Below, in pieces: positions 17,763 to 27,256 of a stretch of 41,806 bases of DNA. Made by a program: the position numbers and the translations under genes. The notes below the pieces were generated by a model. That model was not told the origin of the DNA and ran no database searches. It was given only the letters and a program-made list of their open reading frames with translations. The stretch is taken from IMG/VR virus record IMGVR_UViG_2851955134_000003, positions 1 through 41,806 of that record. The stretch is one strand, 5' to 3'. Within the stretch, counting starts at the first letter, position 1, and every line of letters starts with the position of its first letter. This DNA is from a virus. Taxonomy: Duplodnaviria > Heunggongvirae > Uroviricota > Caudoviricetes.

Positions 17763-18226
17763 TATTTTCTCTCCATGTGAAATCTGTGGAAATTAAGACC
17801 AAGAGCACCATAAGGCGCGGCTTCTTCAAGCCTGAATCCAAGCCAGTGCAGCCATGCTTTGGCAACATGGTTTCGCTCGTCGACATAGTTTTCCAGGCGC
17901 GGATAAACTGCCAGCATCTGCTGCAATACAGGGCGGCAGTGGCGAAGAAATGTCTTCTGATATTTTTCAATACGGCTGGTTCCTACCAGCCAGGGCGTAC
18001 CATTGCCACCAATCATTGACGCCGGAGATACACCAAACATGGTTACCAGTTCTCTGTTCGCGAACCCTGACCAGGCCATAGTCGCAGTGCGCAGACCAAC
18101 ACGCAGCGCATCTTCGGTAGTCATCAGCGATACCGCATACAGTTCGTCAATATCAGCCTGACGAACATCCGGCAAAATCATCTGAAGATGCTCTTCGGTT
18201 GCGGGAATAATTTGAACATCGATCAT
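17762..18226 (-). CDS. Virion-associated protein (154 aa), hypothetical
   Basis: ORF coupled to neighbours in the structural operon. Confidence 0.4.
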   Translation of the reverse strand: MIDVQIIPATEEHLQMILPDVRQADIDELYAVSLMTTEDALRVGLRTATMAWSGFANRELVTMFGVSPASMIGGNGTPWLVGTSRIEKYQKTFLRHCRPVLQQMLAVYPRLENYVDERNHVAKAWLHWLGFRLEEAAPYGALGLNFHRFHMERK

Positions 18227-20697
18227 CAGAATCCCCCAACAGTAAGGCGAGGAATAACGGCAAGAACAGACAGCGGCAACGGGTCAAGCTGACGGATTTT
18301 TACACGTCCGTTTTTGCCCCAGTTACTGTCCAGCTTCACTTCTACTTTTCCGGTAGCATCATCAACAGGATCATCGTAGAACTCGAATTCACGCTGTGGA
18401 TATTCGTACCATTTACCGCCGGGCGTAGTCGCCCAGATGCCGCGACTGGCATTCACAACCAGAGTAACGGACGGGATCACCTGTTTTTTGTCCAGCAGCG
18501 TTTCCTGTCCGTTAATGTTGATATCCAGTGTTTCGAATTCAGCAGTTATTGGCAGGCCGATGTGCACAACAGCTCCCGGTGATTCCAGCGTGACGGCACC
18601 TCCGGAAACTACTTTCTGTGGTTCCACGTTCGCATCAGAGAGAATGTTTACGGTCTGGCCTTCAAGATGAGACAGGCCTCCAAATGTCCGGCGCGCCATC
18701 TGCCAGTTCGTGGTGGCCACATTCCTGAGGGATGGCGGGACGTTCCTGTTAGCACGAACCACTACAGCGGTATTGCTGGTTACAGAAATGATGTCGCAAC
18801 GTAATTCTTTTGACACTTCATCGCCAGTATCAGGATCAGTTCCGGTATAAGGGAACTGTAGTTGAGCACCGACATCACTACTGGAGAAGTACGCACCACC
18901 AGAAACACTGATTGTATATTCCGCGCGGTAATCCCATTCGCCAGAACCACCAGTGATGATCATCGTTCTGTCAGACGTATTTCTTCCATCATAGCTAAGG
19001 CCAGAATCAACAAAGAAAGCATCTTCATCGCTGGTAAATAAACGGCTGGACAGTCTCTCGATGTATCTCACTGTTTGCCCGTTAACGGTCCTGTTAACGA
19101 CGAAATACACCGCATCTTCATTGCCTTCGCTGATACTGCATGTGCTTTCATATTTTCCGGTACTGGATTGTGGTGCCCATGCAAAAACCTGCTGATCACG
19201 CAAATAGGTCATCACCAGTAATTTACCGTCATCACGAATGCAGAAGGCGCTGGAGTAAGGGACAATAGAGAAGCACCAGTCAACAATACTGTGCTTCTGA
19301 AAAAGATGATTGGCAAGGATGGTCAGGTCGTTACCCTGATAGCCGTCAACATCGAATGAGTAGGCCAGATCACGGACAACACTGCCTTTCTCCTGGACGA
19401 ACAGAGCAATATTCGCCACGGCAATTGGTGGGACATTGCTCGAGCCATTTGATCCCTGAGAGCTGAATGCAAATGATGATGGGGTAAGCACTTTGTTCTG
19501 GTCGCCAGTGATGACGTACTCACCTCCGGAAGTCAGCGCCACCAGCGAACCAACATCAATCAGGTGACGGATCTCATTAACCTGACGCCCGGCATAGGTG
19601 TAGATAATTCTGTCGTCATCCTGCGTAGGATTGCTTTTGCCAAAATCCTTATAATCCCCGGTACGGCTGGCCCAGATAGTCTGAGGAAACGCAGTCGATG
19701 CGGCGAAGTAAAGACGTTGTTGATAATAAACAACAGTGCCAGGATAACCATTAACACTGTTCCAGGCATATTTAGCCCATTTATAGCTGGCATTATCCTC
19801 GCCAACTACCTGCGAAGGGATATAGGAAATCACCTCGGCAGTTGCAGTAGTTCCATTTGCAGCAGTGATACGGGCAATGCCAAAACCACTGTGCAGATAT
19901 TCCCACTCAATGCCAGTATCATCATCACCGGATCCGCCCCAGCCATCCCATGATGTGCCTTCTGTATGCGAAGGGCGCAAAGTACCTGTTTTGCCTGCTT
20001 TAACGGCGCGATAGTAGTTACTGTCTGCTCGGCGAATATCGCCAATCGACGTACTCTTACTGGTTTCCCATACCGGCACAGAATCCACTGCAGGCTGTTC
20101 CAGATAGAACAATTTGCCTACCTGCTCCGCGCCAAAAATAGAGGCGCTTGCCGTTAGCGTAATTGTCCCGGTGCTGGCGCTGGCATAAACCGTCACTGAC
20201 TCGTCAATATTGATATCTTCAAATGGCCCGTTCTTCGTTACCACATCAACCAGTTGCCAGTTGTCATGCGCATAGCGGCGCAACTCTTTCGGCGGGTATG
20301 CCGGATGAACCAGCGTAAGCACGTCTGCGCTTTGCGTGAATTTAATTCGGAACAGATCGGTTTCAGTATATGGCGTGGAAATTTCATAAATAACATTGCT
20401 GCTGTTCAGCACCAACGCACCATCTTTGATAACGCGCATGTACTGGTGTCCGAACTCCAGAGCATAAGTCTGAACCGTCGAGAACTGGAACGGGATCAGG
20501 CGGCATTTCCGATTTGGGTATTTGGCGGCACCGACAAAACGCGTACCAGGTCGATTCTCAACTCCGCCATACTGCCGCACGATAAAGTTATCGCACTTGC
20601 GCAATGCCACCTGGTACTTCGCCATGTCGATACGACCGTACAACGACGGTCCAATCTCACCACCGGCAAAGCTGGGCTGGATCCAACTGATAGCCAT
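18226..20697 (-). CDS. Large tail/tail-hub structural protein (823 aa)
   Basis: Long beta-rich ORF between head genes and internal virion proteins. Confidence 0.5.
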   Translation of the reverse strand: MAISWIQPSFAGGEIGPSLYGRIDMAKYQVALRKCDNFIVRQYGGVENRPGTRFVGAAKYPNRKCRLIPFQFSTVQTYALEFGHQYMRVIKDGALVLNSSNVIYEISTPYTETDLFRIKFTQSADVLTLVHPAYPPKELRRYAHDNWQLVDVVTKNGPFEDINIDESVTVYASASTGTITLTASASIFGAEQVGKLFYLEQPAVDSVPVWETSKSTSIGDIRRADSNYYRAVKAGKTGTLRPSHTEGTSWDGWGGSGDDDTGIEWEYLHSGFGIARITAANGTTATAEVISYIPSQVVGEDNASYKWAKYAWNSVNGYPGTVVYYQQRLYFAASTAFPQTIWASRTGDYKDFGKSNPTQDDDRIIYTYAGRQVNEIRHLIDVGSLVALTSGGEYVITGDQNKVLTPSSFAFSSQGSNGSSNVPPIAVANIALFVQEKGSVVRDLAYSFDVDGYQGNDLTILANHLFQKHSIVDWCFSIVPYSSAFCIRDDGKLLVMTYLRDQQVFAWAPQSSTGKYESTCSISEGNEDAVYFVVNRTVNGQTVRYIERLSSRLFTSDEDAFFVDSGLSYDGRNTSDRTMIITGGSGEWDYRAEYTISVSGGAYFSSSDVGAQLQFPYTGTDPDTGDEVSKELRCDIISVTSNTAVVVRANRNVPPSLRNVATTNWQMARRTFGGLSHLEGQTVNILSDANVEPQKVVSGGAVTLESPGAVVHIGLPITAEFETLDININGQETLLDKKQVIPSVTLVVNASRGIWATTPGGKWYEYPQREFEFYDDPVDDATGKVEVKLDSNWGKNGRVKIRQLDPLPLSVLAVIPRLTVGGF

Positions 20698-21302
20698 CAG
20701 GACAACCTCGCAATGGTAAACTCGTCAACCGGTGGCAGTGGTTCCTGTGATTCATTCTGGCTATGCGAGCCAGCACTAAGAATCACGCGATTGTACATAT
20801 TGAGGGCAAACGTACCGAGGTCTGCATTCCCAGTCAGCGCCATGTTAATAGCTGCCGCAAGACGCCAAGCCAACGCCTCCATAAAAATGGCATCAAACAT
20901 GTTCACATCTGTAACGCGAGAGACATACTTGAGCCATGCCTGCGGCTGGTCTGTGTAGATCAATTTTCCTGTTCCGTTGGTGTCTGCACCAACTTCGTAC
21001 TGAACACGCATTGCTGCTGTTGGATTGCGTACACCAGGAAGCATAATTTCAGTAATGCGCAGACAATCGGACGGGTACTGATACGCATATTCCCAGTCAG
21101 GCGGTGGATTGCTCGTATCTGCAAGCGCCACGCGTTTGGTAGCAAAGTTCCAGTCAAAATCAGAAAGCACAGCATCACGGCAGGCCTCAAAGTGCAGCGA
21201 ACATTCCCCCGCTTCCTTGCTGGCTTCCGTCAGGCTGTTAATGCTGCGGCTGTTGCCAATATTGGACAGCGCACGATTGCAGATCTCTACTACAGAGGCC
21301 AT
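20697..21302 (-). CDS. Structural protein (201 aa), possibly head-tail adaptor
   Basis: Position between capsid accessory genes and tail genes; no diagnostic motif. Confidence 0.4.
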   Translation of the reverse strand: MASVVEICNRALSNIGNSRSINSLTEASKEAGECSLHFEACRDAVLSDFDWNFATKRVALADTSNPPPDWEYAYQYPSDCLRITEIMLPGVRNPTAAMRVQYEVGADTNGTGKLIYTDQPQAWLKYVSRVTDVNMFDAIFMEALAWRLAAAINMALTGNADLGTFALNMYNRVILSAGSHSQNESQEPLPPVDEFTIARLS

Positions 21303-21358
21303 AAGTTTCTATACTCCTGCAATAAAGGGGCCGAAGCCCCTTGTCTGATTCGCGAGGC

Positions 21359-21703
21359 TTACACGCCCAGTTCTTTACGCTTATCTGCGATCTTCTCGCG
21401 TAGCGTTTCGGCTTTGGCGTTATGGTGTGGCTTCTCGTTAAAGAGCAATTCGTACTCTTCACGGAGCTTATCCAGTTCACCATCATCTGACACATCGTTG
21501 ATGATTTTGGTGCTGGTTGCTGCCATTGACACCTTTCCTGCAACTTTTGCTTTTGCCTGTCTGGCTGCATCGTTAACAGGTTCCAGTGCGCTACCAGGCT
21601 CACCTTCGTATTCGATTTCTGCCCCCTCCGGCCACAGAGTGTTATGGATATGAGAGAGGCGCAGAACGCGGTATCTTGGTTTCTCACCTGACATCGATAT
21701 CAC
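21359..21703 (-). CDS. Hypothetical structural-module protein (114 aa)
   Basis: ORF in the head gene cluster. Confidence 0.4.
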   Translation of the reverse strand: MISMSGEKPRYRVLRLSHIHNTLWPEGAEIEYEGEPGSALEPVNDAARQAKAKVAGKVSMAATSTKIINDVSDDGELDKLREEYELLFNEKPHHNAKAETLREKIADKRKELGV

Positions 21704-21704
21704 C

Positions 21705-22142
21705 TTAACCAGTTACTTTTGAGCGGATCGGGTACGGCGTATTGGCATCAACATCCAGACTGATACCCGCAGTGAATTTGCCAGCCGTTAGTGGGCCAGT
21801 TGCGACGGAGTAGTTAACACGCAGATATCGCTGAACACCGGCTGGCACCTTTGCAGAAACAACTCGCTTACCTGCTGTCAGGGCGGTCTTTACCAGTGCG
21901 CCACTATCATAAATAGTGGTCCATGAGCTGTTATTCTCACTCGTCTGCAACTGGATGTTTACAGTTGCATCACCGCTTGCCGCGGCGGCTGTGTTAACCA
22001 GCGCCCAAAACTCAAGCGGGTAACCAACGCCGATATCACGACGTTTTCCGTCAATTGGACCGAGATCGATTACGTCAGTAGAAGCCGCGGTATCAGTTAC
22101 CGCCTGTGCTTCGGAGAACATCAACAGTTTGTCGGTGATCAT
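21705..22142 (-). CDS. Capsid decoration/accessory protein (145 aa)
   Basis: Immediately downstream of the major capsid gene; Thr/Ala/Gly-rich beta-type composition. Confidence 0.45.
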   Translation of the reverse strand: MITDKLLMFSEAQAVTDTAASTDVIDLGPIDGKRRDIGVGYPLEFWALVNTAAAASGDATVNIQLQTSENNSSWTTIYDSGALVKTALTAGKRVVSAKVPAGVQRYLRVNYSVATGPLTAGKFTAGISLDVDANTPYPIRSKVTG

Positions 22143-22193
22143 CTTCTTTCTCCATTAGTGGGTCTGTTACGACCCACAGGTTAATAACAGGCG

Positions 22194-23186
22194 TTACACC
22201 ACGCGGGCTTCTGTTTCCAGAAGCGCATCAGTTTCACGGATTGGTACACCACGGAATGAAGTCCACCACTCGCCTTCTGTCTCTTTTACGCTGATAGCCA
22301 GAGATGTTTTCTCCAGAGACTGCAGATCAAGAGCCTGGCCTACAGTGCGGTTCATGTAGAACACCGGGCGGCCCATGCCACGGTTTGGAATGCGATGTAG
22401 TGCTTTAACCATCAACTTCGCAATATTTGCGGCAGAGGATGGTTCTGAAATATTGCTGACATCGATGTTTGCAATGCGAACAACATAACGCCAGTCACGC
22501 AGAGCAAGTCCGTTATCCCATTTGTAATGGGTGCGATAGCCTTCGTACTTGCCGCCATTAGCATCTTCCAGTGTCACCTGGCCTTTATCTTCCATCTGAA
22601 TGCCAGCCTTCTGCCCTTTCGGGAAGATGCCATGCACTGTGTTTTCGCCCCACACCACTAACCAGATTGAGGTGTTATCTGTACCCGTGCCACCAGCATC
22701 AATGATGTTCTGAGCATTACCTGCAGACAGGCTGGAATAGCGGGAGGACAGTCCCATAAACTGCTGAGGGTTAACGCTGGAATCACCATAAAACAGCGTC
22801 TGCGCCATCTGCTGATTCATCGCTTCAATAAATGAGCGGTCTTCAGACAGGCGGAATTCGGCGGTATTGCCGTTCAGATCAGCCAGTGACTTATCGACTT
22901 CAGCATAGGTTTCCAGCATGCCAATGGAATCGGTTACCTGCACTGTGGTTGATTTGCTTGGCTGTACGCCATAGTTCAGCAAACGCCAGGTAGCTGAAGG
23001 TAAACCAGAACGAATGGTGGTTCGGTGTCCGGTAGGAAGGTTCCCTTCGACAAAAGGCATATCCTGAAGGATCGGGTTAGTTTGACCGAGAAGCTCGATA
23101 ATCTTATCGACTTTCCCGTTTGGATCGACGCGCTTACCCCAGTCAGCCAGCGTTAGCGCAGTTAAGCCTTTAACAGCCATTGTCAT
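22194..23186 (-). CDS. Major capsid protein
   Basis: 330-aa ORF following the scaffold gene and preceding the decoration-like gene. Confidence 0.6.
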   Translation of the reverse strand: MTMAVKGLTALTLADWGKRVDPNGKVDKIIELLGQTNPILQDMPFVEGNLPTGHRTTIRSGLPSATWRLLNYGVQPSKSTTVQVTDSIGMLETYAEVDKSLADLNGNTAEFRLSEDRSFIEAMNQQMAQTLFYGDSSVNPQQFMGLSSRYSSLSAGNAQNIIDAGGTGTDNTSIWLVVWGENTVHGIFPKGQKAGIQMEDKGQVTLEDANGGKYEGYRTHYKWDNGLALRDWRYVVRIANIDVSNISEPSSAANIAKLMVKALHRIPNRGMGRPVFYMNRTVGQALDLQSLEKTSLAISVKETEGEWWTSFRGVPIRETDALLETEARVV

Positions 23187-23194
23187 TTCCTCTC

Positions 23195-23896
23195 TTATTT
23201 GCCATAGAGCACTTCGGCCGCACTACGCTGGCCTTCATTACCACCGGTGACCATGCCATCTTCAGACATCGCCTTTCCGATTTTCACGAACGTTTTGACC
23301 AGATCAGGGTGATTACCCAGCCCGGTGGTGTTCAGATATTCTTTGAGTTCAGGTGTCCCGAACTGGTCAAGCGCACGCTGTGCGACGCTAAGGTTAGAAA
23401 TCAACTTGTCGCCACCGATTTCTTTGTCAGCTTTTACATCCGCAGCCCACTGCTCGGTTGTTTTCTGCCAGGCTTCTGCCTGGCGCTGCTGAACACCTGC
23501 CAGAATCTTCGGATAAGCATCAACCAGCTTTTGCGCTTGCTCGTTGGTCAGGTTTAGTTCTCGCGCCACCGGCTCGAATTCCTTCAACGCTTCTGTATCC
23601 AGCTCTACGCCTTCGGCAGCCTGAAACTCGTACTTCTCAGGCGCACCCTCTGGTTTATCGCCGTCCTTTTTTTCATCCTGCTTATCGTTTTCAGGCTTTT
23701 TGTCATCAGCAGGTTTATCGCCATCAGCAACAGGTTGTGGCTTATCACCTTCCGGTTGTGATGGATCACCAACTGGAGCAGGGTTATCACCTGCAGGCGC
23801 TGACGGTTCTGACGCAGCCGGAGCTGCTCCACCATCGACTGGTTGCTCATTGCAAAGACGGCGATACAGCAAACGCTCAAATAAATTCATGATCAC
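23195..23896 (-). CDS. Scaffolding protein
   Basis: 233 aa with a long acidic Pro/Asp/Lys/Glu low-complexity tract and helical C-terminus; between portal and capsid. Confidence 0.55.
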   Translation of the reverse strand: MIMNLFERLLYRRLCNEQPVDGGAAPAASEPSAPAGDNPAPVGDPSQPEGDKPQPVADGDKPADDKKPENDKQDEKKDGDKPEGAPEKYEFQAAEGVELDTEALKEFEPVARELNLTNEQAQKLVDAYPKILAGVQQRQAEAWQKTTEQWAADVKADKEIGGDKLISNLSVAQRALDQFGTPELKEYLNTTGLGNHPDLVKTFVKIGKAMSEDGMVTGGNEGQRSAAEVLYGK

Positions 23897-24189
23897 TCCT
23901 GTTCACTGGCCTCTTTGGCCATCTTCAAATACTGTTCAGGGCAATGCGCCATAACGCGCTGAAACAGTTCCAGCGCCAGATTGCGTTGCCCCTCATTAAA
24001 TGCCATAGCCATAGCGTCCATCGGTGAGATAGCGGAAAACACACGGCCTTTCTCCAGCACCGACCAGACAACGCGACGCCCCTGTTCACTGCTCATGACA
24101 AAGCAAATGTCATCAATTTCACGCTGTGCCATGTCACGTTGCTTACGGGCGTTTTCTTCTTTCAGTTGATCGTCTTCGTAATCTGTCAT
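23893..24189 (-). CDS. Hypothetical head-module protein (98 aa)
   Basis: Small acidic ORF coupled between portal and scaffold genes. Confidence 0.4.
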   Translation of the reverse strand: MTDYEDDQLKEENARKQRDMAQREIDDICFVMSSEQGRRVVWSVLEKGRVFSAISPMDAMAMAFNEGQRNLALELFQRVMAHCPEQYLKMAKEASEQE

Positions 24190-25865
24190 TGTGATTGCCC
24201 ACCCTGACCACTAACTGCATTCGCCATAGCTGACAAAACACTCGGATCCGAAGTTTTAGCTTCGCTTAGCGTCTTGGCACCCTGTGCCGCCGCCATCCCC
24301 ATCGCCATCATTTGTTGCTGCTGTTGTTGCTGTGCCCGTTGCTGGCGAGCCTGCTCAACCTGTTCCTGCGGAACAATGACGGTTGGAGACACTCCGGACA
24401 TATCAGCGAATGCATCGATCGCCTGATCAACGTTGAGTTTGTCGAGAGCTTCTGGTTTCGCTTGCGCAAGTTGACCAATGAAGTTGACCGTAGACGCCAG
24501 ACTGGACAGGCCGATAGACTTCTGCGCCTGAGCCATGACGGAAATGTATTCGACCTTCAGGGGCATACCTTCCATCGCGTCAGGCGGTGGCGGCAGCATG
24601 TTTTTACGCACCATCATCGAGAAAGCGCGGTCAATGAGAGGATTAAGACATTCGTCGTTCAGACGCTCCAGAACCGGCCCCAACATCAGAAGTTTTTCTT
24701 CTTTCATTTCGATCACCGCTTCAACAGGCATCGAGCGGGTATTGATGTTCTGCAACATCATGAACAGATCGACAAAGTAGGCGCTGTTAATGATTTGACG
24801 GGTGTCCTGAATGTCTGCCACCAAATCTGCTGTACTGGGGTTAACCAGATAAGCAGGCCTGAAACCATCCTGACCAGTAATCTGATCGATATACGTGATG
24901 TCGCCAGGAAGAAGGGAGGCACGCTGATTCTTGAGGGAAGTCGGAGCAACCATCGGCGGATTGGTGGCTTTATCAATCAACTGCGACTTGCGCTTCTGGA
25001 GAAGCTGCAATGCCTTAACAGGTCCAAGCGCCAGCATACCCGGGCATGATGATCCATAAACATCTTCGCCGTTAACTTCCCAGCGCGGAGCCATAATTGG
25101 AAACTCATCGAATCCGGACTCACGCAACAACTTGTCGTTATCGCCACCAACCTCGTAATAAACCGATTTGAATGGCTTGTTCTTGCTATCCAGCTTCGAT
25201 GTATCGCGGTCAATGTTCGGGTAAACCGAATGCATCACTTCAATCCACTTCTCGTAGGTTCCGCTTTCCCACATGCTTTTTACGGATTCGCTGACGTTAT
25301 TTAGCCCGAACTCCTGAACAAGCTGACGAACAGTCATAGAGAACTTGCGAAAACAGGTGTCCACACTGCCACGAGGTGAGTTAGCCAGGTAGTAACTGCC
25401 TATCGGGAATGGCATTGTGCGAATGATGTCCTCGTCATCCTCCAGCACTGCCATTGCACCAGTGCTGTATGTGCCGAGGCTTCCGTATAACTGCGGCAGC
25501 GACTGATAGAGATTCGACTTATTGAACATATCGTTCATGCGGTTCTGCACCGCCTCAAGCCACAACTTAACAGGGCCATAATCCATCATTTCAGGATCTG
25601 GCGTAGCCAGGCGAAACCACGGACGCGCGGGGCTTGTGATGCCTGACATCATGCCGCTGGCGAGAGTGCGCGCCGCCATAGTCCCGGTCGAATCAATAAT
25701 GCGTGTATTGCGTCGATCGTTACGGTTAACCTCAGAAGTCAGAAAGCGGGAACCACGCGGGTTGATGTAATCACTCAACTCGCGCCAGTGCGGCTCGAAC
25801 GACTGACGCTCGCTTTCAAGTTGTGCGAACTGTTTGTTCAATCGCTCTTTAGTTGTTTCCGCCAT
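24186..25865 (-). CDS. Portal protein
   Basis: 559-aa ORF downstream of the terminase genes with Gln-rich C-terminal tail. Confidence 0.6.
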   Translation of the reverse strand: MAETTKERLNKQFAQLESERQSFEPHWRELSDYINPRGSRFLTSEVNRNDRRNTRIIDSTGTMAARTLASGMMSGITSPARPWFRLATPDPEMMDYGPVKLWLEAVQNRMNDMFNKSNLYQSLPQLYGSLGTYSTGAMAVLEDDEDIIRTMPFPIGSYYLANSPRGSVDTCFRKFSMTVRQLVQEFGLNNVSESVKSMWESGTYEKWIEVMHSVYPNIDRDTSKLDSKNKPFKSVYYEVGGDNDKLLRESGFDEFPIMAPRWEVNGEDVYGSSCPGMLALGPVKALQLLQKRKSQLIDKATNPPMVAPTSLKNQRASLLPGDITYIDQITGQDGFRPAYLVNPSTADLVADIQDTRQIINSAYFVDLFMMLQNINTRSMPVEAVIEMKEEKLLMLGPVLERLNDECLNPLIDRAFSMMVRKNMLPPPPDAMEGMPLKVEYISVMAQAQKSIGLSSLASTVNFIGQLAQAKPEALDKLNVDQAIDAFADMSGVSPTVIVPQEQVEQARQQRAQQQQQQQMMAMGMAAAQGAKTLSEAKTSDPSVLSAMANAVSGQGGQSQ

Positions 25866-25879
25866 TTCAATGACTCCGG

Positions 25880-26086
25880 TTACTGACCAAGCAGCGTTTT
25901 ACCGCTGGTATTAGCAGTTGATGTGTCGCCCTGAGAACCGGTAAGCAGCGTAGAACTACGACCAGCAGCAGCGCGACGGCGACGAGTTTCTTCGTCGCGG
26001 GCATCAACAACGGCGGCATCCTGCTCCTGTGGTGCTGCCTGAACTTCTGGTGTTGCAGGCACTGATGGTGAGCTACCCATGCACAT
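25880..26086 (-). CDS. Possible small virion-module protein (68 aa)
   Basis: ORF just upstream of the portal with Ala/Gln/Ser/Thr-rich composition; a different frame (25867-26106) is also open, so uncertain. Confidence 0.25.
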   Translation of the reverse strand: MCMGSSPSVPATPEVQAAPQEQDAAVVDARDEETRRRRAAAGRSSTLLTGSQGDTSTANTSGKTLLGQ

Positions 26087-26114
26087 ATCAATGACTCCGT
26101 ACGCAATTAAATTA

Positions 26115-26191
26115 TTACCAATTTAACCACATATGATTTATTTATCGTAGACAGTTGACATTTAACGTGCGAATTATTACCTTTCAGGTAA
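26115..26191. promoter_or_regulatory. Promoter/operator module B: TTACCA half-site, AACCACATAT, TTGACA -35-like hexamer, operator TTACCTTTCAGGTAA (26177-26191)
   Basis: Operator 15-mer identical to the one at 6181-6195; same module architecture. Confidence 0.55.
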
Positions 26192-26513
26192 CCAAAGAGT
26201 TCATTCCGGTTACTAACCTGACTGGCTTGTCGTTAAATTGAACAGGTGGAGTGAGCTTTTATTTTGAGCAGTACGGCGTATGGCACATGCGCCGATAGCG
26301 GTCTGGATGCGTTTAAGGGGCACCCTCCCTGGCTGTGGCAAACGAACCAGGTAGCCGGAATGTGCAAGTCGAGCGGTTTTATTCCGCGCACGGGGATTCA
26401 CCATCCCGGCGATTCGGTGTGACGCCTCGGAAGAGACGAGGGTACAACGATGAGAGCATTTATGGAGCCGCGACAAAGTGTGGCGCCTTAACAGGCTAAG
26501 TGCTCTCAGCGTT

Positions 26514-26590
26514 GTGGCATTAGCTCAGTTGGACAGAGCAACCGCCTTCTAAGCGGTTGGTCGCAGGTTCGAATCCTGCATGCCACGCCA
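26514..26590 (+). tRNA. Phage-encoded tRNA-Arg (anticodon UCU)
   Basis: 77-nt cloverleaf folded by hand: acceptor GTGGCAT/ATGCCAC, D-arm GCTC/GAGC, anticodon stem ACCGC/GCGGT with loop CTTCTAA, T-arm GCAGG-TTCGAAT-CCTGC, discriminator G and encoded CCA; differs from host argU in the stems. Confidence 0.9.
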
Positions 26591-26633
26591 GAATCACGCC
26601 TAAGGACCGTGATGCCAGAAGTTCCAGGGGCTT

Positions 26634-26676
26634 GGCGGTGATGGTTTCCCTTGAAGGACTATCACCGCCCTTTTTA
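26634..26676 (+). terminator. Candidate terminator downstream of the tRNA
   Basis: GGCGGTGAT ... ATCACCGCC stem followed by CTTTTT. Confidence 0.5.
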
Positions 26677-26788
26677 CAGCAGGACGCCATTGCGATGACT
26701 TCATGCTGTAAACCAGTACAGCCACGGAAGGCATAACTCATTGCTTCCAGTTCGCCCGGTTCGCCGGGCATTTTTTTAAGGTGAGATC

Positions 26789-27211
26789 ATGAAAACAGCC
26801 GACATGCTAGCTAAATATCTAAATGAATGGCCGTGCAAATATGTACGCATTGTTCAGGGTGATGACTCAATTTTTTATGGTGTTTTTGCAGGAAATGAAA
26901 TGCTTTGTGAAGCAATTCCAGGTGAGCGACTTGCCGGGTTAACGCTTAGCGATGACCATGGAATAGGAGTTACTTGCCATGACTGGATTTCAGCGCAGAA
27001 AACTGAAATGGAAAAAGGCAATGTGTTTGATATTTCTCGCGCTGTATACGCCAAAGAAAAAAGTGATGATGATTACATGCGCGAAAACTTATACAACATG
27101 AAGTTACAATGCCTGGCTGAAGTGCTTAGTAAAAGATCTTTACTTGATGTGGTTGGTGCTGAGCAGGACGCCAAGGCAATCAACGCCGCATTCGATAAAA
27201 TAACCTTCTAA
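26789..27211 (+). CDS. Hypothetical cargo protein (140 aa) encoded opposite to the flanking late genes
   Basis: RBS AAGGTGAG; plus-strand gene between minus-strand terminase and portal genes; no recognisable domain. Confidence 0.6.
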   Translation: MKTADMLAKYLNEWPCKYVRIVQGDDSIFYGVFAGNEMLCEAIPGERLAGLTLSDDHGIGVTCHDWISAQKTEMEKGNVFDISRAVYAKEKSDDDYMRENLYNMKLQCLAEVLSKRSLLDVVGAEQDAKAINAAFDKITF

Positions 27212-27215
27212 CGCC

Positions 27216-27227
27216 GTGACATGTCAC
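27216..27227. repeat. Palindrome GTGACATGTCAC, copy 2 of 3
   Basis: Five bp after the stop of the cargo ORF and directly before a terminator hairpin. Confidence 0.6.
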
Positions 27228-27232
27228 AATCA

Positions 27233-27256
27233 GCCCGCCGATTCGCGGGCTTTTTT
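27233..27256 (+). terminator. Rho-independent terminator of the plus-strand cargo ORF
   Basis: GCCCGC-cgattc-GCGGGC followed by TTTTTT. Confidence 0.75.

Noticed and set aside
11511-25213. Many 60-250-aa ORFs on the plus strand inside the structural block (for example 11511-11837, 20254-20958, 20763-21653, 24312-25049)
   Set aside because: They run antisense to long, well-supported minus-strand virion genes and have low-complexity or Cys/Arg-rich translations typical of shadow ORFs.
25867-26106. 79-aa ORF in the alternate frame upstream of the portal gene
   Set aside because: Overlaps the more plausible 25880-26086 frame and has a Cys/His/Leu-rich translation; only one of the two can be real and neither is strongly supported.
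26213-26476. 87-aa minus-strand ORF within the region upstream of the tRNA
   Set aside because: Lies in GC-rich hairpin-dense sequence with no RBS and odd composition; more consistent with non-coding structured sequence than a protein gene.
26200-26513. A second tRNA or tmRNA upstream of tRNA-Arg
   Set aside because: No cloverleaf with a canonical T-loop (GTTCRANYC) or acceptor/CCA end could be folded by eye; only generic hairpins were found.
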